Both the position numbers and the translations under genes were made by a program. Source: an uncultured Candidatus Saccharibacteria bacterium (GTDB taxonomy: Bacteria; Patescibacteriota; CPR2_A; CG2-30-33-46; CAZGIU01). Taken from it: DNA of 37,263 nucleotides. Below the pieces are notes generated by a model that was not told where the DNA came from, ran no database searches, and saw nothing but the letters and a program-made list of their open reading frames with translations. The stretch is taken from the NCBI GenBank assembly GCA_964526535.1, contig CAZGIU010000001.1, forward strand, positions 1-37,263, in the 5' to 3' direction. Within the stretch, counting starts at the first letter, position 1; each line of letters begins with the position of its first letter. Below, one piece after another: positions 24,817 through 33,489 of this stretch.

Positions 24817-25989
24817 CTATTTTTTCAAGAATCTAGTCTTGAAACTTATTTCTTTGCTAGATTCAACCTCTGGCTGATCATAGGGGTTTACTTTATTAAG
24901 CCAACAAAGATAAACAGTTAGGTAATGAAAAAACCCAGTTAAATAACCAATACTAAAATCATCTATATTTGTCATTTTAATTAATGAAGCGGGCAGTTTT
25001 CTTTTAACAGAATCATGCCAATTGCCTAAAAATTCTGCCTCCATAGCCCTTCTAAACGATAAACCATTAAGAGCCGAGAATTTTTTACCCCTCAAGGAAA
25101 TATTAATTAATGGTTTTGGTATTGTCAGTTTTTCCTTATTTTTAAAATCTGACAAAACCAAAAAAAGTCCCTGCATATTAGGTTTACCACCATAATAACG
25201 TTGATTCGAATGATGTTGAGACTCTGGAGCCGAAACAGGGATAATAGTTGGCCCTTTTTTATCTTTGCCAGAACTTTCATGAATAAGTTGCATAATCAAT
25301 TCAGCAAATCCCCATAAGCGAGCCGAATAGATTGGCATATATATTTCACCTCTTCCTTTTTTATCAAAGTAATGAAGATATTCAGCCATTTTTTGCGCCA
25401 GATTATTCTTTTTTTGAGGCAAGAAATCTTGGTAGGCTTTTTGAGCCCCTTTAACTAATTTGGTTATATCAATACCAAACAAAAAAGCTGGCAATAAAGC
25501 AGTCGCTGTTAGACCAGAAAAGCGACCACCTATTTCAGGGTGTGGCAAAACTGGGATTTTTTTTATCTTGGCTACCTGATACATAGGATTATCATCAATG
25601 GTAGTTATAAAGATTGTTTTGTATTCTTGAAAATAAAAATAATTTTCTATAACATCAATGGTTTTGCCAGACTTAGAAATAACTATTAATAATGTTTTTT
25701 TTATGGGGCATTCTTTTTTAACATAGGCCAGAAAATCAGGATCAGCTGTATCAACAAAAAAAACATTCTTTTTAATTTCATATTTAGCCAAAGATTCATA
25801 AAAAGCCCTAAAACTAGTAATTGAGCCTCCTCTGGCCGCTATTATTATATTTTGATATTTAAGAAACTTTTGGGAAAAATCTCTAATCTCTAATAGATCA
25901 GTTTTGTATTGAGCAAAGGTCGGCAATTCTTTTTTTGAAAAATCAGATGTTTTGATTTTTATTTTTTGAGAAAATTTAATTTCAATCAT
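24817..25989 (-). CDS. pgi: Glucose-6-phosphate isomerase, short form (390 aa)
   Basis: 'VISKSGKTIDV' (SKSGxT motif) and 'EIGGRFSGLTATALLPA' (PGI signature 1). Confidence 0.8.
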   Translation of the reverse strand: MIEIKFSQKIKIKTSDFSKKELPTFAQYKTDLLEIRDFSQKFLKYQNIIIAARGGSITSFRAFYESLAKYEIKKNVFFVDTADPDFLAYVKKECPIKKTLLIVISKSGKTIDVIENYFYFQEYKTIFITTIDDNPMYQVAKIKKIPVLPHPEIGGRFSGLTATALLPAFLFGIDITKLVKGAQKAYQDFLPQKKNNLAQKMAEYLHYFDKKGRGEIYMPIYSARLWGFAELIMQLIHESSGKDKKGPTIIPVSAPESQHHSNQRYYGGKPNMQGLFLVLSDFKNKEKLTIPKPLINISLRGKKFSALNGLSFRRAMEAEFLGNWHDSVKRKLPASLIKMTNIDDFSIGYLTGFFHYLTVYLCWLNKVNPYDQPEVESSKEISFKTRFLKK

Positions 25990-25990
25990 A

Positions 25991-28360
25991 CTAATTCCTT
26001 AATTTGGCTTTAAATTTAGTTTTTAGTCGTTGAAGAACTTTTTCGTGAATTGGTTTTATTTCTTCTTCGGTTAAAGTTCTATCATCTGACTGATAATATA
26101 GATGGTAAGCTAAGCTTTTTTCTCCAGTTTCTATTTGATTACCGCGATAAATATCAAACAATTCAACTTTTTTTATTAAATCGGGATTAATTTTTTTTAT
26201 TTCAGAGCTAATTTCAGCCTCTGGAATTCTCTCATCTGTAACAATAGCCAAGTCAAGAAGAATGGGTGGAAATTTCGAAAATGGCTTATAGGCTTTGTCC
26301 TTCTTTAACTTAAATAATGAACTAAAATCAATTTCTGCAATAGTTAGTTTATTTTTGAAATCAAACTTATTTTGTATACTAGGATGAAGCTCTCCCAAAT
26401 AACCAATCTTTTGATCTTCGCAAATTATATCAGCCACCCTTTGTGGGTGAAGATAACCATTTAAATCTTCCTTGGCAGTAAATTTAATCTCAGAAATATT
26501 TAATTTAGCAATTAGTTCCTCTATAGCCCCCTTGAGCTCAAAAAATGAGTTACTACTCAAGCGCCCCAGGGCAATTACTTTTTTTTCATGAGGATATTTA
26601 TTATCCTTACTTAAAAATATATTGGCAATTTCAAAAATGCCAAAATCCAAAAAATTTTTAGAATTTAAAGAAGCAATTTCTATTAAAGAGTAGGCTAAAT
26701 TTTGCCTTAAATATGTATGCTCTGGCTTAAGCGGATTTTTAAGCTCAAAATAATTCTTAGGATTATCTCCAAATGTTTGTAACAAATCATTACCAATAAA
26801 GGTATAAGAATATACTTCACTATAACTTAAGGCAGCTAAACTATCTTTTAAAAAGTAACCAAACTCACATTCCTTATTGGCTTTTGGAGCTATGTTTCTG
26901 GTTAATGGTACTGTTGTTGGAATATTATCATAGCCAATAACACGAGCAACTTCTTCAATTATATCTACGCTTTCTTTTATATCTCTTCTAAATGAAGGTA
27001 TTTTAACCTTAAGGCAGTTATTATCCTTTAAAGCTTCAAAGCCCAGGGAATTTAAAGCTGAAATAATTTTATTATCAGCAAAATCTTTGCCTAAATATGA
27101 TTTAATTTTATCAAAAGAAACATTTATTTCTTTTACTTGGCTTTTATGAAAATTAATATCTTTTTTACCTTTAATAACTAAACCACCTGAAACTTCAGCC
27201 AATAAATCAGCTGCCATTTCAAGTGCTTTTGATGTCATCTCTGGATCAAGACCTTTTTCAAATCTTACTACAGCTTCAGACCTTAGACCTAAAAGCCTAG
27301 CTGCTTTTCTAATTGCTACCCAGTTAAAATTAGCCGCTTCTAAGATAATTGTTTTAGTATTTTCACTAACTTCAGTATCTTTACCGCCCATAACTCCGGC
27401 TATCCCAATAGGCTTTTTATTATCTGCAATAACCAAGATATCTTTTGACAGTTTTCTCTTTTTATCATCAAGAGTAACAATTTCTTCACCAGACTTGGCA
27501 CTTCTTATTATTATATTTTTCTTACGACCAGCCCCTGAAAGAGTGTCAAAATCAAAAGCATGCATTGGTTGACCAAGCTCCATCATAACGTAATTAGTAA
27601 CATCGACGATGTTATTTACGGGCCTTACACCCAACACTAATAATTTATTCTTAAGCCAAGAAGGAGAACTGGAGACTTTAATATTTTCAATTACTCTAGC
27701 TTCATAGCGTGAACATATTTTTTTATCCTTTATTTCAATATCAAGCAAGTCATCAATTTTCTTAGAGGATTTTTCCTGGACCTCTTTTAATTTAGGATGA
27801 TTCATCTTTTTACTAAAAATAGCCGCTACCTCTCTGGCTACACCTAAATGAGAAAAAAGATCTGGCCTATTTGAGAGAACATCTAAGTCTAAAATAATAT
27901 CGTCAAGCTCAAGAGCCTTAAAGATTGGGGTACCAGCCTTTATATTTGAATTAAAAAAGGTAATTTCCTCACCTGACAAGTCTAAGCCTAATTCTTTATT
28001 AGAAGCAATCATCCCCTGAGACTCAACGCCCCTAAGATTACGTCTCTCAATTTTCATACCAGAAGGCAATGTGGCTGGAGCAACTACAATAGGTAATTTC
28101 TGACCAACTTGCAAATTAAGATGTCCGAAAATAATTTGAATTTTTTTTCTGCCAAAAGATATTTTAGCCACTGAAAGATTATCAGCATTAGGATGCTTTT
28201 TTATTTCAGCTATTTGCCCAACATAAACACCTTGATATAGTTGGCTTAATTTTATAATCTCATCTACTTCAACAGTAGACATAGTTAATCGATGAGCAAT
28301 CTCTTCTGCTGGAACATTTAATTTTACAAATTCTTTAAGCCAATTAATTGATACTTTCAT
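25991..28360 (-). CDS. pheT: Phenylalanine--tRNA ligase beta subunit (789 aa)
   Basis: 'MKVSINWLKEFV', an N-terminal tRNA-binding OB ('HPNADNLSVAKI'), B3/4 and B5 domains, and a C-terminal FDX-ACB domain. Directly follows pheS. Confidence 0.95.
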   Translation of the reverse strand: MKVSINWLKEFVKLNVPAEEIAHRLTMSTVEVDEIIKLSQLYQGVYVGQIAEIKKHPNADNLSVAKISFGRKKIQIIFGHLNLQVGQKLPIVVAPATLPSGMKIERRNLRGVESQGMIASNKELGLDLSGEEITFFNSNIKAGTPIFKALELDDIILDLDVLSNRPDLFSHLGVAREVAAIFSKKMNHPKLKEVQEKSSKKIDDLLDIEIKDKKICSRYEARVIENIKVSSSPSWLKNKLLVLGVRPVNNIVDVTNYVMMELGQPMHAFDFDTLSGAGRKKNIIIRSAKSGEEIVTLDDKKRKLSKDILVIADNKKPIGIAGVMGGKDTEVSENTKTIILEAANFNWVAIRKAARLLGLRSEAVVRFEKGLDPEMTSKALEMAADLLAEVSGGLVIKGKKDINFHKSQVKEINVSFDKIKSYLGKDFADNKIISALNSLGFEALKDNNCLKVKIPSFRRDIKESVDIIEEVARVIGYDNIPTTVPLTRNIAPKANKECEFGYFLKDSLAALSYSEVYSYTFIGNDLLQTFGDNPKNYFELKNPLKPEHTYLRQNLAYSLIEIASLNSKNFLDFGIFEIANIFLSKDNKYPHEKKVIALGRLSSNSFFELKGAIEELIAKLNISEIKFTAKEDLNGYLHPQRVADIICEDQKIGYLGELHPSIQNKFDFKNKLTIAEIDFSSLFKLKKDKAYKPFSKFPPILLDLAIVTDERIPEAEISSEIKKINPDLIKKVELFDIYRGNQIETGEKSLAYHLYYQSDDRTLTEEEIKPIHEKVLQRLKTKFKAKLRN

Positions 28361-28367
28361 TAAAAAA

Positions 28368-29387
28368 TTAAAACTGGTTAATAAACCTTAAGTCCCCTTT
28401 CATAATTTCCCTAATGTCTTCTATTTGATATTTAAGCATAGCAATTCGGTCTGGACCTAGACCAAAAGCAAATCCCGAGTATTTATTTGGATCATAACCA
28501 ACATTTCTTAAAACGTTAGGGTGGATCATGCCACAACCTAAGAGCTCAATCCAACCATCACCACCACAAGTTGAACATCCTTTGCCGCCACATTTAAAAC
28601 AAGAAACGTCAACTTCGGCCGAAGGTTCTGTAAACGGAAAAAAACTTGGCCTAAATTTTAATTTTATATTTGGTCCTAGTAATGACTTCATTAACTGATC
28701 TAAAGTTCCTTTCAAATCAGCAAAGGATATATTATCCGAAACAGCAAAACCTTCTATCTGATGAAAAACAGACAAATGAGTGGCATCTTCAGCCTCATAG
28801 CGATAAGTTCTGCCTGGTACAATTACTTTTAAAGGAGGTTTTCTATTTTTCATTGCTCGTATTTGAACAGGAGAAGTATGAGTTCTCATCAAAAGACCGT
28901 TGGTCAACCAAAAAGTATCCCAAGCATCTCTGGCTGGATGCTCTTTGGGAATGTTTAAAGCTTCGAAGTTATGATAATCGTCTTCTACCTCAGGGCCTTC
29001 TACAATCTCATAGCCTAAAGACTTAAAAATATTTTCTATCTCTCTAATTGTTTGGGTTATAGGATGAAGATGACCTAATTTATGCCTAATCCCCGGTTGA
29101 GTTATATCAACAAACTCTTCAGTTATTTTTTCCTGTATTAAGCCTTTTTCAAGTAATATTTTCTTATTATTTATCTCTATCTCAAGTTTTTCTTTAAGCA
29201 AATTAGCTGATTGACCTGATTTTTTACGATCCTTAAAAGCTAACTTATGTAAATTTCTTAAATAATTAGTTAGCTCACCTTTTCGACCCAAATATTTTAC
29301 TCTAACAGTCTCTAGACCGGCTATAGAAAAAACGCCATTAATCCGCTTTAAGGCTTCTTTTTCCATTTCTTTTAAATTAACCAACAT
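28368..29387 (-). CDS. pheS: Phenylalanine--tRNA ligase alpha subunit (339 aa)
   Basis: 'HPITQTIREIENIFKSLGYE', 'FEALNIPKEHPARD', 'LMRTHTSPVQIR', and class II motif 3 'GFAFGLGPDRIAMLKY'. Confidence 0.96.
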   Translation of the reverse strand: MLVNLKEMEKEALKRINGVFSIAGLETVRVKYLGRKGELTNYLRNLHKLAFKDRKKSGQSANLLKEKLEIEINNKKILLEKGLIQEKITEEFVDITQPGIRHKLGHLHPITQTIREIENIFKSLGYEIVEGPEVEDDYHNFEALNIPKEHPARDAWDTFWLTNGLLMRTHTSPVQIRAMKNRKPPLKVIVPGRTYRYEAEDATHLSVFHQIEGFAVSDNISFADLKGTLDQLMKSLLGPNIKLKFRPSFFPFTEPSAEVDVSCFKCGGKGCSTCGGDGWIELLGCGMIHPNVLRNVGYDPNKYSGFAFGLGPDRIAMLKYQIEDIREIMKGDLRFINQF

Positions 29388-29388
29388 C

Positions 29389-29763
29389 TTATTCCTTTCT
29401 GGCTAAAAAATAAAATTCCAATAATAGAATTGATATAACAAATAAAATACCATCAAAGATATTTAATATTTTAAGGGCTTGCAAGCCCAAAAGACCTACA
29501 AAGGCAAAGGTCACTAATAAAGCTTGACGGAAAGAAACTGTAATATTTTCATAATAATATTCATTGGAAGAAAACCATAACCTTAAATAAAAACCAATAA
29601 TAGTTAAACTCCCCACTAAAGCAAAAAATAAACTACCAAAAAAACTAACAAGTCCCCAGGCACCAGTATTTTTTGGATCAAGATTTAATAATGTTAAAAC
29701 CCAGGCAAGCCAACATAATGCTGTAGAAATAGCTATGCCAATTATATAAGCAGAAAGTGTCAT
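29389..29763 (-). CDS. Hypothetical 4-TM membrane protein (124 aa)
   Basis: Four hydrophobic segments (IIGIAISTALCWLAWVLTLL, GLVSFFGSLFFALVGSLTIIGFYL, ALLVTFAFVGLLGLQAL, ILFVISILLLEFYFL). ATGA overlap with the upstream coiled-coil gene. No family recognised. Confidence 0.55.
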   Translation of the reverse strand: MTLSAYIIGIAISTALCWLAWVLTLLNLDPKNTGAWGLVSFFGSLFFALVGSLTIIGFYLRLWFSSNEYYYENITVSFRQALLVTFAFVGLLGLQALKILNIFDGILFVISILLLEFYFLARKE

Positions 29764-30476
29764 AAGCTTTCTTTTATCTCTCTATCAATTTCTTTTAGGA
29801 CCTTTTGAGCCACTTCAGCATATTTTTTATTCTTTAGTGACTCTCTAATTTCTCTATCACGCTCCTCTAAGTCACGTAATTTTCTGGCTTCCTGCTTAGT
29901 TTCTTCAATCTTTTTTTGAATTAAATCAGCTTTTTCAAAAACTAGTGGTTTGCCCATAAGCTTTCTCTCAATTTCTTTAAGTTCCTGCTCAATTTTATCT
30001 TTTTTGTCCTCTAAAACCCTTAACTGTTCGGAATTTCTTAAGCCCAAGTTAGCAGATATTTTATCTCTTTCTATTAAATTATTCTTGACCCTAACTTTTT
30101 CATCATAACGCATATCCTTCAAACAAATGGGACAGTGGGGATCCGGATCCTCTAAAAGTTTTATTTTAAGATCAAACTCCTGGCTTCTCTTTTTAAGAGC
30201 CTGATTTGATTCTTTTATCTTAGAAATGCTTTCTTTTAGATTATTTAGAAACCTCTCTTTAGAAATTTTTTCTTCTTCAGACTTTTTTATATTAGTCTTA
30301 TCGCTTTTTAAATTATCAAGCTCGATCTCTAAAGAAGAAATTTCATCAATTTTACGCTCAAGGCTTCCTAATTTAAAAGAAATCATTTCCTGTTCCATTA
30401 AAAGCTTGCGCCTTTCCAGGCGGATTGTATCTTCCAGCTCTTTTTTCATTTTTTCCAATTTAGCTAACCAATTCAT
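29760..30476 (-). CDS. Head-less coiled-coil protein with a central CPIC (Rad50/SbcC zinc-hook-like) motif (238 aa)
   Basis: K/E/L-rich heptad-like sequence throughout, interrupted at the exact midpoint by 'EDPDPHCPICLKDM' (Cys115, Cys118). These are the only Cys residues. No Walker motifs and no TM helix. Confidence 0.6.
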   Translation of the reverse strand: MNWLAKLEKMKKELEDTIRLERRKLLMEQEMISFKLGSLERKIDEISSLEIELDNLKSDKTNIKKSEEEKISKERFLNNLKESISKIKESNQALKKRSQEFDLKIKLLEDPDPHCPICLKDMRYDEKVRVKNNLIERDKISANLGLRNSEQLRVLEDKKDKIEQELKEIERKLMGKPLVFEKADLIQKKIEETKQEARKLRDLEERDREIRESLKNKKYAEVAQKVLKEIDREIKESL

Positions 30477-30485
30477 AGTAATATT

Positions 30486-31517
30486 TTACTCCCCAAGTTG
30501 AGGCTTATCAACTTCAGCCACCTCAATCTGTTTCTTTTTGTTATCAGAAATTTTTAAAATGTCTTTATCAACTTTTTTTAATTCTTTATAGGCTTTATTA
30601 TAGGTTGTTACAGTGGTTGATAAATTAGAACCAACTTTTTTAAAGTATTCATCGTAAGCCAAAAGGTGCCTATCTAGATTTTGAACATTTTTAAGAATAT
30701 CTTTGACAGACTCTTCAATTTCCAATGAGCGTAAGCCCTGAAGAACTGTTTGCAAATAAGCAGCAAAAGAAGTTGGTGAAACTATAATTACTCTTTTTTC
30801 TTTAAAGGCATATTCTATTAAATCTCTGGTATTAATCTTAACTGCTCCCACTTGATTTACCAATAAATCATAATAAATACCTTCTGAAGGAATAAACATA
30901 AAAGCAAAATCCATGGTTCCCTCATTTGGTCTGATGTATTTAGCGGTTTCGTCGATTCTATTTTTTAGATCTTGTTTGAAAATTTTCTCAAGTTCTTTTC
31001 GTCTGATTTCTGATTTCTCAGTCATAATTTTATTGTAATTTTCCAAAGAAAATTTTGAGTCAATTGGAATAATTTTCTTATCTTTAACAAAAATTACAGC
31101 ATCAACAATTTGTCCATCTTTAAACTGATATTGAATTTTATATTGACTTGGGTTAAAAAGATTTTTAAGTAAGGCTTCAAGATAATACTCACCTAAAATT
31201 CCTCTTTGTTTCGGATTTTTTAAAATATGCTCTAGCCCCTGAAGTTGTTCGGTAATTCCAACAACCTGTTTATTGGTATCTTCAAGTTTAGTTAATTTTT
31301 CAGTAACATCTTTAATTATGCCAACGGAGGCCGTAAACTGTTCAGTAACCTTCTTATCCAATTGATTTTGAACTTGGGAAATCTGCTGTTGCAACATCAG
31401 AATACTTTGATCGTCTTTCTGTGTTTTGTTAGCATCAATCCTCTTGGTTAAAAAATAAGTCAAGCCAAAAAATCCCGCAGAAATAACTATTATTAAAATA
31501 AGAATATCGCTATTCAT
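30486..31517 (-). CDS. rmuC: DNA recombination protein RmuC (membrane-anchored, 343 aa)
   Basis: N-terminal TM helix 'ILILIIVISAGFFGLTYFL', a coiled coil, 'KQRGILGEYYLEALL', 'VDAVIFVKDKKIIPIDSKFSLENY', 'FAFMFIPSEGIY', and 'VIIVSPTSFAAYLQTV', all characteristic of the RmuC family. Confidence 0.88.
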   Translation of the reverse strand: MNSDILILIIVISAGFFGLTYFLTKRIDANKTQKDDQSILMLQQQISQVQNQLDKKVTEQFTASVGIIKDVTEKLTKLEDTNKQVVGITEQLQGLEHILKNPKQRGILGEYYLEALLKNLFNPSQYKIQYQFKDGQIVDAVIFVKDKKIIPIDSKFSLENYNKIMTEKSEIRRKELEKIFKQDLKNRIDETAKYIRPNEGTMDFAFMFIPSEGIYYDLLVNQVGAVKINTRDLIEYAFKEKRVIIVSPTSFAAYLQTVLQGLRSLEIEESVKDILKNVQNLDRHLLAYDEYFKKVGSNLSTTVTTYNKAYKELKKVDKDILKISDNKKKQIEVAEVDKPQLGE

Positions 31518-31525
31518 TAGCTTTA

Positions 31526-31534
31526 ATTATAGCA
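31526..31534 (-). promoter_or_regulatory. Extended -10 element (TGcTATAAT) 8 nt upstream of the rmuC ATG
   Basis: The minus-strand reading is atcTGcTATAATtaaagctaATG. There is no Shine-Dalgarno sequence. The geometry predicts a leaderless or near-leaderless mRNA. Confidence 0.45.
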
Positions 31535-31589
31535 GATTTAAGAACATAAAAAAATGCTTTATGTTTATTTTTTATTCACTTCCTTACTT

Positions 31590-32516
31590 CTAAAAAAGCA
31601 CGAAATTTGATTTTTTTAGTTTTTCAGAATCTTTTTTAATTATCTCTAAAAGCTCATCTATTCTTTGATAACTTTTTTCATAATCAGACTGTATAGCGGA
31701 AGAATCTATAGAGACAAAAGGATTATCGATACTTGAAAGAGCCTCTTGATTACCATTCTCAATGGCCAACGATAACTCTTTAACTGTTTTTAAGACTTTA
31801 TCGTGAGTTTCTTTCATACTTTGAGGTACTTTTAATCTCTCTAAAGCTTCTTGCCACCTTTTAACTGGATTTTTAAGAGCTACTAGGCCTTGCTCTTTAT
31901 TTAGGGCAGATAAGTCTTTATTGTTAAGCTTACGAGATTCATTTAAAGCGTCTCTGAAGAAATCTAAAGCACTATTAAACAAATCAATACTATAAATACC
32001 TTCTTCTGAGAGTTTTTCCCCAAGCTCCAGATACTCCTTAATATCATTTGATAATTGCTGAGTTTTTTTTGGAGAAGTTAAATTAGATAGAACATAAAGA
32101 TTAGCCTCTGCTTTAGTTTTAATTTTGTCATATATTTCTCTTTGATCTTCTAAATCTTTAGTTAAGGAATATAGCTTATTCTCATCAAAATTAACTGCAT
32201 TATCATAAATTTCTTTATTATCAAGACCAGTTAACCAAACCTCAGAAGCTATAATAATTTCATTAACTTTTTCGGAATAGAAAACCACCCTAGAACCATA
32301 CCAAAAACCATATAAAACAATTCCAAGAATTATTAAGACAAAAAAACTTATTATAATAACTATTTTTTTTATATTACTTGGAGGTAAACTATTGTAAGAA
32401 CTGCTGTTAAAACTTGGTTGCATCTGGCCAGTATTGGCCTGGTTAAGTTGAGTAGATTGATTATTGTTAGGATTTATTTGCCTAGAAAGACCATCAAGGT
32501 TTAAATTATCGGTCAT
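31590..32516 (-). CDS. Single-pass membrane protein, paralog B (308 aa): N/Q/S-rich N-terminal tail, TM helix, helical ectodomain, C-terminal KKSNFVLF
   Basis: Paralogous to 32600-33475. Shared motifs are 'YGFW.GS', 'KEY..L', 'P..(A/M)K(D/E).HDK(L/V)(I/L)K', 'NPF/DPF' and terminal 'LKK(S/T)NFVLF'. The start is set at ATG 32516 (MTDNLNLD), preceded by AAGGAGAAAA exactly as in paralog A. The track's TTG start at 32552 overlaps a TATAAT box. Confidence 0.6.
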   Translation of the reverse strand: MTDNLNLDGLSRQINPNNNQSTQLNQANTGQMQPSFNSSSYNSLPPSNIKKIVIIISFFVLIILGIVLYGFWYGSRVVFYSEKVNEIIIASEVWLTGLDNKEIYDNAVNFDENKLYSLTKDLEDQREIYDKIKTKAEANLYVLSNLTSPKKTQQLSNDIKEYLELGEKLSEEGIYSIDLFNSALDFFRDALNESRKLNNKDLSALNKEQGLVALKNPVKRWQEALERLKVPQSMKETHDKVLKTVKELSLAIENGNQEALSSIDNPFVSIDSSAIQSDYEKSYQRIDELLEIIKKDSEKLKKSNFVLF

Positions 32517-32566
32517 TTTTCTCCTTGCTTTACTTATCATATTATACAACAAAAAAAATAAAAAAA

Positions 32567-32588
32567 TGCCCCAAGCTAGCTTGGGGCA
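32567..32588 (-). terminator. Strong intrinsic terminator between the two paralogs
   Basis: 22-bp perfect palindrome TGCCCCAAGC|TAGCTTGGGGCA (GC-rich 9-bp stem). On the minus strand it is followed by TTTTTTTATTTTTTTT. It lies 11 nt after the paralog A stop. Confidence 0.85.
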
Positions 32589-32599
32589 CCTCCTTGTTA

Positions 32600-33475
32600 T
32601 TAGAATAAAACAAAATTGGTTTTTTTAAGTTCTGGGGCTTCCTTTAGAATTTCATCTTTTAGAGATTTAATTCTATTCTCTTTATCTTCGAGATATTTAG
32701 ACATTTCGTCAAAAGGGTCTTCTATATCATTAAAAATATCGTAGTTACCATCCCCTAAGGCTTTGGTAACATCTCCTACCAATTTGATTAATTTATCATG
32801 AACATCTTTGGCACTTTCAGGGGGAGTAATTTTTTCAAGTTCATCTAACCAATTATTAAACATCTTCTCCATCTCAACCATCATTTCATCCTCTGAAGAT
32901 GAGGAATACATTAAATCAGACATACCTTCAACTACACCAACAGTAGCTTCCATAATTTGAATTCCATATTTAGAGGATTCTCCGAACTCTTTAGCTAATT
33001 GGGTGTATTCTTTTAAATTCTTGCCTAAACCAGAAGCCTTGCCTGGTACCCCTTTTTTAGCAACTTCTTGATAATACTTATCAATTTCGGTAGCAAATTC
33101 TTCTGTCTCATCTTTTAATTTTTTAAGCTCAGCATCAAAAGAACCACTGGCAAACTGATCAAAACTTAAAGAACTTAAATCACTATTCTTTAAAACTTCT
33201 ACCTTCTTTTCAATGTCATTAACAATTTCTTCTGCTCTAGTAGCATAAGAAGCTACTTGCGAACCATTCCAAAAACCATAGCCAACAACAGAAATTAACA
33301 AAACAACTGCTACAACAATTCCAATCAAAATATTTTTATTAGGACCTGAGGAACCACTGCTTGGCATGCCTTGTGGTGGCTGACTGCCAGGTGGCATAAA
33401 ACTAGAATCCTGAGCTGGGGGCATTGGCGCCTGAGTTGGCTGTTGAGGCACCTGGGGATTTAAATTTTCCGCCAT
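32600..33475 (-). CDS. Single-pass membrane protein, paralog A (291 aa): P/Q-rich N-terminal tail, TM helix, helical ectodomain, C-terminal KKTNFVLF
   Basis: 'MAENLNPQVPQQPTQAPMPPAQDSSFMPPGSQPPQGMPSSGSSGP' followed by TM helix 'ILIGIVVAVVLLISVVGYGFW'. Shine-Dalgarno AAGGAGAAATT before the ATG. No family recognised. Confidence 0.6.
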   Translation of the reverse strand: MAENLNPQVPQQPTQAPMPPAQDSSFMPPGSQPPQGMPSSGSSGPNKNILIGIVVAVVLLISVVGYGFWNGSQVASYATRAEEIVNDIEKKVEVLKNSDLSSLSFDQFASGSFDAELKKLKDETEEFATEIDKYYQEVAKKGVPGKASGLGKNLKEYTQLAKEFGESSKYGIQIMEATVGVVEGMSDLMYSSSSEDEMMVEMEKMFNNWLDELEKITPPESAKDVHDKLIKLVGDVTKALGDGNYDIFNDIEDPFDEMSKYLEDKENRIKSLKDEILKEAPELKKTNFVLF

Positions 33476-33489
33476 AATTTCTCCTTTTG

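Noticed and set aside
28670-29026. 118-aa plus-strand ORF
   Set aside because: Antisense inside pheS. Shadow ORF.
30139-30150. Tandem GGATCCGGATCC (two BamHI-type palindromes)
   Set aside because: This is simply the coding sequence for the DPDP break preceding the CPIC motif. There is no evidence of a regulatory or restriction-related role.
30226-30501. 91-aa plus-strand ORF
   Set aside because: Antisense to the coiled-coil gene. Its S/L/F-rich sequence is the mirror of K/E codons. Shadow ORF.
31543-31565. AACATAAA-aaaatgc-TTTATGTT hairpin after paralog B
   Set aside because: AT-rich 8-bp stem without a following U-tract on the minus strand. Not convincing as a terminator.
32517-32552. TTG-initiated 12-codon extension of paralog B
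   Set aside because: It contains a TATAAT box and the AAGGAG Shine-Dalgarno sequence. ATG 32516 gives an N-terminus (MTDNLN) parallel to paralog A (MAENLN).
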